Source: Myxococcota bacterium
GTDB taxonomy: Bacteria; Myxococcota; JACRCW01
NCBI GenBank assembly: GCA_040752415.1
Contig: JBFMGU010000049.1
Coordinates: forward strand, 1-49,129
Direction: 5' to 3'
DNA: 49,129 nucleotides
Position numbers and translations under genes: made by a program. Shown in pieces: positions 1 through 8,086 of this stretch (position 1 is the first letter of the stretch; each line of letters begins with the position of its first letter). Under the pieces are notes generated by a model. It worked only from the letters and a program-made list of their open reading frames with translations, ran no database searches and was not told where the DNA came from.

Positions 1-98
1 CAGCGCCGAGCGGGTAGCACCCTCGTCAGCGGTCGACGGTCGCAGTTGGCGGCGACGCACCGGCGCGACCAGGTCGAGCACCGTTCCACATGTTGGGA

Positions 99-171
99 AC
101 GCACTCGGCGCTGGCCAGGGCGGCGAGGGCCCGCCGCACTCCAGGTCTTGGCCCCACTCACGACATTTGCA
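99..171. repeat. Dispersed ~72-bp REP-like element, copy 1
   Basis: Near-identical to 11111-11182, with a 40-bp exact core cgctggccagggcggcgagggcccgccgcactccaggtct. The minus strand reads GGAGTGCGGCGGGCCCTCGCCGCC, a short hairpin. Confidence 0.8.
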
Positions 172-220
172 TTTCCAATCTACTCGGACGCAGCCCCCCA
201 CGACGTTGCGCTACGCCTGA

Positions 221-1120
221 TTACTCGAGCGGGATGAACAGCTCGGTGCGCAGCTCCCGGGGGGCGGCGTTCAGCGGCGTGTTCCGGTAGACCTCGTAGC
301 TCGCGCCCCGGCCCAGGCGGTGTCCGCTCGACGGCAACCATTCACCCATGAAACGCGCCCAGGTGTCGCCGAGGGTCTGGTACGGGCCCACGTGCGTGGT
401 GGATGCGTAGCGTCCCGCGCTCACGCGCTGCTCCTGGAGACCTTGCGGCAGGGGAATGTCGTGGGGGACCACGATTCCCGCGTCGGAGCGCAGCGCGTCC
501 AGCGGCGTGGTCTCGGGGTCGTCGTGGTAGATGGCAACCATGGCCGCGCCCGGGTGCTGGAGCAGGCCCGCGGGTTCCACCAGGGCGCCCAGCCGCTCGA
601 ATGCCTGTGGAATCTGGTTGTAGGGTCCCATGTGTCGCACGGTTGCCACGCGCAGCTCCGGGTACTCCGCAATCTCCACCTTCATGGTCCTGCCTCCTGA
701 GTCACGGGGGATGAACGCGGGAACATCCCCGTTGGGGTTGAAGTGCACCCCGCACGTCGCGGCGAGCTCGATGCGAGGGTGTTTGCGTTGCTTGAAGCCG
801 GAGGGGGACGTCGCGTAGCAGTCGCGGAACGCGCGGGTGAACGCCTCGTGGGTTTCATAGCCCGCGTCGAATGCGATCTCGGTGATGGGACGTTCGCTGG
901 AGATGAGCATCCAGGCCGCGCGCTCCATGCGGAGCCGTCGACTCAACTCCAACGCGGTTTCGCCAACCATTCCCCGGAACACGCGGTGGAAATGGAACGG
1001 CGAGAGGTGGGCCAGCGCTGCAAGGGTCTCCAGGTTCAGCGCCTCGTCGAGGTTGCGGGCAATGCGCTCAATCACGCGCTGCGCGCCCTGCTGGTAGAAC
1101 GACCGCGTCTCCGGCTTCAT
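221..1120 (-). CDS. AraC-family transcriptional regulator with C-terminal GyrI-like effector-binding domain
   Basis: N-terminal double HTH (LSPFHFHRVF...IAFDAGYETHEAFTRAF). C-terminal GyrI-like segment (HMGPY...HVGPYQTLGDTW...WLPSSG...ELRTELFIPL). Confidence 0.93.
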   Translation of the reverse strand: MKPETRSFYQQGAQRVIERIARNLDEALNLETLAALAHLSPFHFHRVFRGMVGETALELSRRLRMERAAWMLISSERPITEIAFDAGYETHEAFTRAFRDCYATSPSGFKQRKHPRIELAATCGVHFNPNGDVPAFIPRDSGGRTMKVEIAEYPELRVATVRHMGPYNQIPQAFERLGALVEPAGLLQHPGAAMVAIYHDDPETTPLDALRSDAGIVVPHDIPLPQGLQEQRVSAGRYASTTHVGPYQTLGDTWARFMGEWLPSSGHRLGRGASYEVYRNTPLNAAPRELRTELFIPLE

Positions 1121-1232
1121 GCACCCAGGCTACGCGGTCGCTCCCGCGCCTGCTTGATATGGATTGCGGTTTTTGCCCCCCGCCGGACGATCACGCTCTG
1201 CCGGCGGGAGGCGCGCGGGTGACACCGCGACG

Positions 1233-2090
1233 TCACTTCTTGCCTTTCCACTCCTCGAGGGCCTTGGCCACCTGGTCCTTGAAGAAGAAGTTGGGGTCCT
1301 TCTGGCCCAGGTCCCAGGCAATCTGCGCGTACTTGCGCGCTTCCGCGTACTTGCCCTTCTTGGCCAGGATGTCCGCCTTGATCCAGTTGTTGAACCACGT
1401 GGACTGGATGCCAATGGAGGTATCAATGTACTTCAGCGCCGTGTCGTAGTCCTTGTTGTTCTCGGCCACGTAGCGGGCCGCGTTGGCGTGCGGGCGCCAG
1501 GCGTTCTCCAGCGTGCTCTTGATGTTGGCCTGCGTCTGCGCCGCGGTGTCGACGGTGATGGGAACCGAAACGCGGAGCTTCTCCCACTCCATGTCCAGCG
1601 AGGTGGAGTTGTCGGTGGTGTTGGAGAAGATGAACGTCAGCCGCTCACGCATGGGAATCTCCGAGGTGGCGGCGGGGACGCGGACCACGTCGTCCTTGGC
1701 GTCGTAGGGCTTGCCGCCGGAGAACAGGCCCAGCTCCTTGCTCAGGATCACCGTCCAGCCCGAGGCGGAGGGCAGGGTGACCAGCGAGTAGGTGCCGGCG
1801 GGCACGGGCTTGCCGCCAAAGCTCACATCCCGGCTGAACGTGATCTTCGTCGACGCGTTGGCGCCAGTGCGCCACGGCTTGTCATGGGGAACCAGCTCGC
1901 CCCAGATCTTGCGGCCTTTCACGCCGGGGCTGGAGTAGTCCACGGAGATGTCGGTGAGCCCCACGCGCTGGCTGACCTTGGCGCCGGGGCTGGGCTGGGG
2001 AAGCTCCAGTTGGGCCAGGGCGGGCGCCGCGTTGAGGAAGCAGAATGCGGAAAGGACAAATCCCAGGGCAGGCTTGTTCATCGTCGTCAT
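1233..2090 (-). CDS. Secreted DUF2911-family protein with C-terminal TPR-like helices
   Basis: Signal peptide followed by PSPGAKVSQRVGLTDISVDYSSPGVKGRKIWGELVP...WRTGAN, typical of DUF2911. Confidence 0.85.
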   Translation of the reverse strand: MTTMNKPALGFVLSAFCFLNAAPALAQLELPQPSPGAKVSQRVGLTDISVDYSSPGVKGRKIWGELVPHDKPWRTGANASTKITFSRDVSFGGKPVPAGTYSLVTLPSASGWTVILSKELGLFSGGKPYDAKDDVVRVPAATSEIPMRERLTFIFSNTTDNSTSLDMEWEKLRVSVPITVDTAAQTQANIKSTLENAWRPHANAARYVAENNKDYDTALKYIDTSIGIQSTWFNNWIKADILAKKGKYAEARKYAQIAWDLGQKDPNFFFKDQVAKALEEWKGKK

Positions 2091-2177
2091 GCCATCCTTT
2101 CAGGGTGGAATCCGGGGGCGTCTCTATAAGCGGAGACGGCCCTTCCACCAAAGGCATTCGACGTTGACCCCGCGGTT

Positions 2178-3065
2178 TCAGCGTGCATCCACCGCCATCA
2201 GGACGAGGAGCGCGGCGAAGTGCACCATGGAGAGCACGAAGACCTTCCGCGCCCACCGCTCCAGCGACTCCCGGCCTGGCCCACGCATCACCACCACCAC
2301 CAACGGCGCACCCAGCGCCACCGCCACCACGCTGTACACCGTCCCCACCACGCCCACGACGGGGAAGAGCAGTGTCAGCACCACCAGCGCCAGCGTGGTG
2401 ATTTCAATGAGACCACGCGAGAACACCGGCCCCGCTTCCGAGGGAATCACCTTGAGCCCCGCCTCCTCGTACTCCTTCCGACGGAACATCCCGATGGCCA
2501 CCGTGTGCGGCATCTGCCACAACGCCACGAAGGCGAAGAGCATGAACGCCGGGACGTCGAGGGTTCCGGTCATGGCGGTCCAGCCCATCAACGGCGGCAT
2601 GGCACCGGGAATACAGCCCACCGGCGTGGACCACGCGGACACGCGCTTGAGCGGCGTGTACGCCAGCACGTAGGAGAGATGCGCAATCAGCCCCAGCACC
2701 GCCGTCAGGACGTTGGACGCAAGCGCGAGCGCGGGCAGTGAAACCATCATCAATGCCAGACCCCACGCCAGCGCCACGTCGGGACGGATGCGACCCGCGG
2801 GCAACGGCCGCTGCGCCGTGCGCGCCATGCACCGGTCCGAGTCACGCTCCAGCCAGCAATTGAGCGTGTTGGCGCTGGCCACCAGCAACCACGTGGCCGC
2901 CAGCATGCCCAGCGCGCGCACCACGTCGACGGGACCCGGCGCCACCACCAGCCCGGTCACGGCGGTCATCACCACCAGGCCGGTGACGCGTGGCTTGGAC
3001 AGCGCCACCAGGTCGACCCACTGCGGCAGGAGCGGCGCAACCCTGGGAGCAACGACGCTGGTCAC
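2178..3065 (-). CDS. ctaB: Protoheme IX farnesyltransferase (heme O synthase)
   Basis: UbiA/CtaB motifs LSKPRV, LNCWLERDSDRCMARTAQRPLPAGR, YTPLKR, GAMPPLMGW, WQMPH. Start reassigned to the GTG at 3065, which follows a GGAGG RBS; the longer ORF start overlaps the divergent gene. Confidence 0.93.
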   Translation of the reverse strand: MTSVVAPRVAPLLPQWVDLVALSKPRVTGLVVMTAVTGLVVAPGPVDVVRALGMLAATWLLVASANTLNCWLERDSDRCMARTAQRPLPAGRIRPDVALAWGLALMMVSLPALALASNVLTAVLGLIAHLSYVLAYTPLKRVSAWSTPVGCIPGAMPPLMGWTAMTGTLDVPAFMLFAFVALWQMPHTVAIGMFRRKEYEEAGLKVIPSEAGPVFSRGLIEITTLALVVLTLLFPVVGVVGTVYSVVAVALGAPLVVVVMRGPGRESLERWARKVFVLSMVHFAALLVLMAVDAR

Positions 3066-3091
3066 GGAGCCTCCAATCCGCGTCCCGGGAC

Positions 3092-3107
3092 TGCACACCA
3101 GGTGCCA
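3092..3107 (-). promoter_or_regulatory. Sigma-54 (-24/-12) promoter for ctaB
   Basis: Minus strand TGGCACCTGGTGTGCA has exact GG-N10-GC spacing and lies just upstream of the RBS and GTG start. Confidence 0.7.
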
Positions 3108-3138
3108 CCGGTTTTCCCTCGGAGCGTGGGCGCCAACG

Positions 3139-3205
3139 TGGATACCGCGCCATCCGTCCCTGTATACCCAGGTATCCATCTGACACGGTCCCGCCGCGGT
3201 ATCTG
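3139..3205. promoter_or_regulatory. Putative enhancer (bEBP binding sites) between the divergent sigma-54 promoters
   Basis: Palindrome TGTATAC-ccag-GTATCCA (3161-3178), flanked by related half-sites TGGATACCGCG (3139-3149) and CGCGGTATCTG (3195-3205). Confidence 0.55.
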
Positions 3206-3232
3206 CGCACGGTGACGAGGGAAGCGTCCGCG

Positions 3233-3248
3233 CGGCATGTGCCTTGCT
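3233..3248 (+). promoter_or_regulatory. Sigma-54 (-24/-12) promoter for the heme-copper reductase operon
   Basis: CGGCATGTGCCTTGCT has GG (3234-3235)-N10-GC (3246-3247) with a canonical TTGC -12 box. Confidence 0.65.
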
Positions 3249-3261
3249 CAAGGCGCATCGC

Positions 3262-4698
3262 ATGGCTCCCGCGTTTGCGTCCGCAGAATCTTCACGTCTC
3301 GCCGCCGCCGCATCCAAGCGCTGGCTGGCGTTGGCCATTGGAAGCCTGTTGGCGTCCGGTGTGCTCGCGTTGTTCCTGGTGGTGGGACGTGCGCCCGGAT
3401 TGCACACGCTTTTCACCGACCCCTTGCTGTTCAAGCGCTGCCTGGTGGTGCACGTGGACCTGGCCCTGGTGGTCTGGCTCCACGCGTTCATCGTGGCGTT
3501 GTTCTTCCGTGTTCCCTCGTCGTCGGAGCCCACGCTCGCGGCGCGCGCCTCACCGTACGTGGCCGCGGCCGGGGTGGGCCTGTTGGGAATTGCCGCCGCG
3601 GTCCCGGGCGCGGAGCCCATCCTCGCGAACTATGTGCCCGTCATTGACCAACCCTTCTTCGTGGCGGGCCTGGTCATCTTTGGCCTGGGCGTGATGCTGG
3701 CGGTGATGGACCGGCGCATCATCCCGGACCACGCGCTGCCCGCGCCGGGAACGCTTCCCGCGTCGTCGGCGGCGGGAATCCGGGCCGCGGCGGTGGCCAT
3801 GCTGGTGGCGGAAACCACGTTCGGCGCCGCCGCCACCACGACCCCGCCTGGCCTGCAGCCCAAGGACTACTGGGAGCTGGTGGCCTGGGGCGGCGGACAC
3901 ATCCTGCAATTCGCCATGGTTACCGCCATGCTTGCCATCTGGTTGGCGCTGGTGGAAGGCGCCACGGGTCGGCCGGTGATGAGCGCGCGAGCGGCCGCAT
4001 TGCTCTTTGCTTTGCACGTGGCGCCCACCTTTGCCGGACCGCTGCTCGCGTTCAACGGCACCACGGTTCACCCCTACTACGGCGCGTTCACCCAGATGAT
4101 GCGCTGGGGCATCTGGCCCGTGCCGCTGGTGATGCTGAGCGCCTCCCTCACCACCTTGATGCGGGCGCGCCGGTTGGGCTCCCTGACGTCGTGGCGGGAC
4201 CCGCGGGCGGCCGCGTTTGGTGCCAGCGCGTTGCTGACCGTGGCGGGTTTCCTCCTGGGCGCGAGCATCCGCGGCTCGGACACGCGCGTTCCTGCCCACT
4301 ACCACGCGTCCATTGGCGCCGTGACCGCCGCGTGCATGGCCATGACCTGGCCGTTGCTGCATTCCGTGGGCGCGGTGTTGCGCAACCATCGCGGAATGAA
4401 TGCCATGCGGTGGCAGCCATTGGTGTTTGGTTTGGGCCAGCTGACATTTGCACTGGGATTTGCGCTGGCGGGCGCGGCCGGCATGGGGCGGAAGGCCTAT
4501 GCCAGTGAGCAGCACGTGCGCACGTGGGTGGAATCCCTGGGACTGGGTGTGATGGCGCTCGGCGGGCTGGTTGCCGTCGGTGCGGGCGCCTTCTTTCTCT
4601 ACGGCGTGCTGCGCGCATGGCTGCACGGACCGATTGCCGCGCCCGAGACGGCGCAAGGAGACTTTGCATGGAACCAAAGCATCCCCTCCAGAGGTTGA
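3262..4698 (+). CDS. Degenerate heme-copper oxidase subunit I-like polytopic membrane protein
   Basis: About 12 hydrophobic segments with His motifs VHVDL, WGGGHILQF and PAHYH in COX1-like order, but no HH CuB pair. ATG 3262 chosen because TTG 3244 lies inside the predicted promoter. Confidence 0.7.
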   Translation: MAPAFASAESSRLAAAASKRWLALAIGSLLASGVLALFLVVGRAPGLHTLFTDPLLFKRCLVVHVDLALVVWLHAFIVALFFRVPSSSEPTLAARASPYVAAAGVGLLGIAAAVPGAEPILANYVPVIDQPFFVAGLVIFGLGVMLAVMDRRIIPDHALPAPGTLPASSAAGIRAAAVAMLVAETTFGAAATTTPPGLQPKDYWELVAWGGGHILQFAMVTAMLAIWLALVEGATGRPVMSARAAALLFALHVAPTFAGPLLAFNGTTVHPYYGAFTQMMRWGIWPVPLVMLSASLTTLMRARRLGSLTSWRDPRAAAFGASALLTVAGFLLGASIRGSDTRVPAHYHASIGAVTAACMAMTWPLLHSVGAVLRNHRGMNAMRWQPLVFGLGQLTFALGFALAGAAGMGRKAYASEQHVRTWVESLGLGVMALGGLVAVGAGAFFLYGVLRAWLHGPIAAPETAQGDFAWNQSIPSRG

Positions 4699-4808
4699 TG
4701 GACAATCCCTGGCTGTTGCTGGCGCTGGGATTGCTTGTCCCAATCGTCAGCTACACGGTGTGGGGTCTCGTCGAGCTTGCGTCCCTGGCGCCAGCGCAAC
4801 TTCCGTGA
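4668..4808 (+). CDS. Small single-TM protein (46 aa), probable accessory subunit
   Basis: AAGGAG RBS then ATG; translates MEPKHPLQRLMDNPWLLLALGLLVPIVSYTVWGLVELASLAPAQLP. Lies between operon genes and ends 13 bp before subunit II. Confidence 0.75.
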   Translation: MEPKHPLQRLMDNPWLLLALGLLVPIVSYTVWGLVELASLAPAQLP

Positions 4809-4821
4809 GGAAAGGTGATTC

Positions 4822-5346
4822 ATGGCAATCCACGTTCCCCCCAAGGACTGGTTCAAGGCTCCCGCCGGCTTCGAGCGCGTGTGGATTGGCCTGGCCCTGG
4901 TCTGGTGTCTGGTGATGTTCCTGGCCATGCCCTGGTGGCACTTCAAGGGCCGGCAGAACAGCACCGGTGAGGCATACAAGGTCGAGATCCCCGCGTTCGC
5001 GGAGCGCGTGAACCGCTTCGTGTCGACGTACAAGGTGGGAGAGGAGGCCGGCATCCCGGTGGTGCAGCCGCCGCCCGGTGGCGAGGCATACCTGCAGGCG
5101 TCCATGTGGCGCTGGCATCCCATCCTCAAGCTGAAGGCGGGCCAGACCTACCGCATCCACATGTCATCCACGGACTTGCAGCATGGCTTCTCGCTGCAGC
5201 CCATGAACATGAACTTCCAGGTGCTTCCCGGCTACGACCACGTCATCACCCTGACGCCCACCGCGCCCGGCACCTATCCCATCCTATGCAACGAATTCTG
5301 CGGGATTGGCCATCACATGATGACCGGCCGCATTGTCGTCGAGTGA
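4822..5346 (+). CDS. Heme-copper oxidase/NOR subunit II (CuA), single-TM B-family type
   Basis: One N-terminal TM helix and a cupredoxin domain with QHGFS...CNEFCGIGHHMM CuA ligands. Confidence 0.93.
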   Translation: MAIHVPPKDWFKAPAGFERVWIGLALVWCLVMFLAMPWWHFKGRQNSTGEAYKVEIPAFAERVNRFVSTYKVGEEAGIPVVQPPPGGEAYLQASMWRWHPILKLKAGQTYRIHMSSTDLQHGFSLQPMNMNFQVLPGYDHVITLTPTAPGTYPILCNEFCGIGHHMMTGRIVVE

Positions 5347-5356
5347 GGAGTGCGCC

Positions 5357-6952
5357 ATGGCTGAAACCGCAACCATTCCCTTTGTGGAAGACCCCACCCG
5401 CGCCCCGCCGCCCGTGGGCAACCAGGCCGGCGCCGTCCGCATCTGCGACACCACCGGCCTCCCGGTGTGCACCACGGCGCAGACCTTCATCCGGCTCAAC
5501 GCCGTGATGGCGGTGGTGCACCTCCTCGTCGGTGGCGTGGCGGCACTGCTGCTGGTGCTCACCCGCTGGCCGGCGGTGCACCTGCTGCCCGCCGACTGGT
5601 TCTACCGGGTGCTCACCGCGCACGGCCTGAACATGCTGATCTTCTGGATCATCTTCATGGAGATCGGCATCCTGTATTTTGCCTGCACCACACCTTTGAA
5701 TTCACGTTTGTATTCCAAGGGCGTGGCGGTGGTTTCCTTTGCGTTGATGCTGGTGGGCGCGCTCATGGTCAACGCCATGATCTGGACCGGCCGCAGCGAC
5801 GTGCTCATGACCAGCTACGTCCCGCTCCGCGCGCACCCCGCGTTCTACCTGGGCATCATCCTCTTCGCGGTGGGTACGTTGGTGGGTGTGTTCAACTTCT
5901 TCGCCACGCTCTACATCGCCAAGCGCGACCGCACCTATGACGGCTCCGTCCCGCTGGTGACCTTTGGCGCCACCGCGGCGGCCATCATTGCGGTGGTGGC
6001 CCTGCTGCACGGTGCCGCCGTGTACATCCCCGCGTTCCTCTGGTCCATCGACGTCATCCAGAACGTGGACCCGGTGGCGTACCGCGTGGTGTGGTGGGGC
6101 CTGGGTCACCAGAGCCAGCAGATCAACGTCTGCGCCATGGTCAGCGTGTGGTACCTGATGGGCTCGTTGACGGTGGGCTCCAAGCCGCTCAACCAGGCCG
6201 TGTGTCGCGGCGCGTTCGTCCTCTACATCCTGTTCATCAACATCGCCTCCGCGCATCACCTGTTGGTGGACCCGGCGGTGAGCGCTGGCTGGAAGATCTG
6301 GAACACGTCCTACGCCATGTACCTGGCGGTGCTCGCGTCCATGATCCATGGCTTCACAGTACCGGCCTCCGTCGAGGTGGCGCTGCGTCGTCAGGGACAC
6401 AACCGCGGCCTGTTCGGCTGGTTGGCTGCCGCACCGTGGCGCAACCCGGGCTTCAGCGGCATGGCGCTCAGCGTGGCCATCTTTGGATTCATTGGTGGAA
6501 TCACCGGCGTGACGCTGGGCACCGAGCAGATCAACATCCTGGCGCACAACACGCTGCGCATCCCGGGGCACTTCCACGCCACCGTCGTGGGCGGGACGTC
6601 CCTGGCCTTCATGGCGCTCAGCTATTACGTGGTCCCGCTCATCTTCCAGCGCGACTACGTGATGCCCAAGCTGGCCCGGGTGCAGCCGTGGCTGTTCGGT
6701 ATTGGCATTGTGTTGTTGTCCTTCGGGATGAGCTTTGCCGGGTCCTATGGTGTTCCCCGGCGTCACTGGGACATCGAGTTCACGGGTACGCAGCTCCCGG
6801 CCAGCTTTGACGCCTCGGTGCACTTCTGGTTTGGCGTCATGGGAATTGGCGGGATTCTCGCGTTCACCGGTTTGCTTACGTACATCCTTCTGACGGTCAT
6901 CACCGTGTTCTTCGGCGAGAAGAACGAGGGCCGTCCCATGCGGGCGTGGTGA
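5357..6952 (+). CDS. Heme-copper oxidase superfamily subunit I, B-family derived; probable eNOR-type nitric oxide reductase
   Basis: GAGGAG RBS. Ligand His motifs TAHGLNM, GLGHQSQQ, SAHHLL and PGHFHAT. Gln occupies the position of the catalytic Tyr (His+4). Confidence 0.9.
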   Translation: MAETATIPFVEDPTRAPPPVGNQAGAVRICDTTGLPVCTTAQTFIRLNAVMAVVHLLVGGVAALLLVLTRWPAVHLLPADWFYRVLTAHGLNMLIFWIIFMEIGILYFACTTPLNSRLYSKGVAVVSFALMLVGALMVNAMIWTGRSDVLMTSYVPLRAHPAFYLGIILFAVGTLVGVFNFFATLYIAKRDRTYDGSVPLVTFGATAAAIIAVVALLHGAAVYIPAFLWSIDVIQNVDPVAYRVVWWGLGHQSQQINVCAMVSVWYLMGSLTVGSKPLNQAVCRGAFVLYILFINIASAHHLLVDPAVSAGWKIWNTSYAMYLAVLASMIHGFTVPASVEVALRRQGHNRGLFGWLAAAPWRNPGFSGMALSVAIFGFIGGITGVTLGTEQINILAHNTLRIPGHFHATVVGGTSLAFMALSYYVVPLIFQRDYVMPKLARVQPWLFGIGIVLLSFGMSFAGSYGVPRRHWDIEFTGTQLPASFDASVHFWFGVMGIGGILAFTGLLTYILLTVITVFFGEKNEGRPMRAW

Positions 6953-6961
6953 GGAGAAACC

Positions 6962-7117
6962 ATGGAAAAGCATCAATTCGAGAAAGAGAAGGAAGGCGAG
7001 GCGGACCTGCACGAGGCACCCGGCTCCATGGCCCTGGTGCTCCTGCTGCTGGTTTCCTTCGTCATCTACTACTTCGCCAACTGGAAGGCGCTGGCCGACG
7101 TGTGGCCGGTGCGTTGA
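6962..7117 (+). CDS. Small single-TM protein (51 aa), subunit IIa-like helix
   Basis: Absent from the ORF track. GAGGAG RBS overlaps the subunit I stop. Translates MEKHQFEKEKEGEADLHEAPGSMALVLLLLVSFVIYYFANWKALADVWPVR, in frame with subunit I. Confidence 0.75.
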   Translation: MEKHQFEKEKEGEADLHEAPGSMALVLLLLVSFVIYYFANWKALADVWPVR

Positions 7118-7126
7118 GGGTGTCCC

Positions 7127-8074
7127 ATGCACGGCAGGACGCGCGCTGAGAACGCGGTGCGGGTGATGACGGAGGCGCTGGCTGGCTGGGCGTTTCCCGT
7201 GTTCCTCCTCACCACGCTCTTCCTGGCCACGGGGCTGATGGCGGCGGTCACCCTCCTGCCCATGCAAGGAACGCCCATGGAGCAGTTCGCGGAGGAGTTC
7301 AAGGTCTGGTGCTTTGGGTTCAATCCCAGCACCGGAGAGATGAACTGGTCCGCGGTCATCACCACGTTGACCGGTCCCGTGATCCTCGGCGGCGTGGCGG
7401 CGGTGGTGTGGTGGCAGCCATTGCGGGAGGTGGCTGCCGCCGCGCCGCGCCGTCTTCTCCTCGCCGCGGGGCCGGCGGTGTTGTTGGTGGGAAGCGCTTC
7501 CGTGGTCACCGTGCTCTCCGTCCCGGCGCGCGCGGAATCCCGGGAGTTTCCCGCCGAGGCGCTGCGCGTTTCCCACACGCCACCCGCGTTCACGCTCACG
7601 GATCAACGCGGGGAATCCGTTTCCTTGACGTCGCTGCGTGGCCGGGTCGTTGTCATCACGGGGGTGTACTCCACGTGTGCCACGGCGTGTCCCATGATTG
7701 TGCAGCAGGCCAAGGGCGTGATTCGCGACCTGCCCGCCGAGCTTGCCGCCCAGGTGTCCGTCCTTGGCGTTTCCCTGGACCCGGAGCGCGACACCCCGGA
7801 GAGCCTGGCGAGGATGGCCACCCTGCACCGCGTTTCGCCTCCGCAGTTCTACTTCCTCGGTGGTGAGCCGACGCAGGTGAACACGCTGCTGGACTCGCTG
7901 GGATTCGAGCGGCGGCGTAATCCCCAGACGGGAACCATCGATCATGCCAGCATGTACATCGTCGTCGACAAGACCGGTCGCATTGCCTACCGGTTTGGGG
8001 TGGGGGAGACGCAACGCGCGTGGATGGGACAGGCCCTGCGTCTGCTGGTGCAGGAGCGTGGCCCTTCCGCGTGA
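7127..8074 (+). CDS. SCO/SenC-family copper chaperone with N-terminal membrane domain
   Basis: About 3 TM segments, then FTLTDQRG...YSTCATACP (CxxxC)...SLDPERDTPE...IDHAS. Confidence 0.9.
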   Translation: MHGRTRAENAVRVMTEALAGWAFPVFLLTTLFLATGLMAAVTLLPMQGTPMEQFAEEFKVWCFGFNPSTGEMNWSAVITTLTGPVILGGVAAVVWWQPLREVAAAAPRRLLLAAGPAVLLVGSASVVTVLSVPARAESREFPAEALRVSHTPPAFTLTDQRGESVSLTSLRGRVVVITGVYSTCATACPMIVQQAKGVIRDLPAELAAQVSVLGVSLDPERDTPESLARMATLHRVSPPQFYFLGGEPTQVNTLLDSLGFERRRNPQTGTIDHASMYIVVDKTGRIAYRFGVGETQRAWMGQALRLLVQERGPSA

Positions 8075-8086
8075 CAGGCCCCAACC

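Noticed and set aside
3066..3620. N-terminal extension of ctaB in the ORF track
   Set aside because: It overlaps the divergent gene and promoter region; an RBS-supported GTG at 3065 gives a normal-length enzyme.
6950..6952. Selenocysteine or programmed readthrough at the in-frame TGA
   Set aside because: The downstream ORF has its own well-spaced GAGGAG RBS and ATG, the position is not a catalytic Cys site, and no convincing SECIS hairpin follows.
5357..6952. Ordinary aa3/ba3/cbb3 oxygen reductase call
   Set aside because: The helix VI Tyr is replaced by Gln, and the partner is a CuA subunit II rather than CcoO/CcoP.
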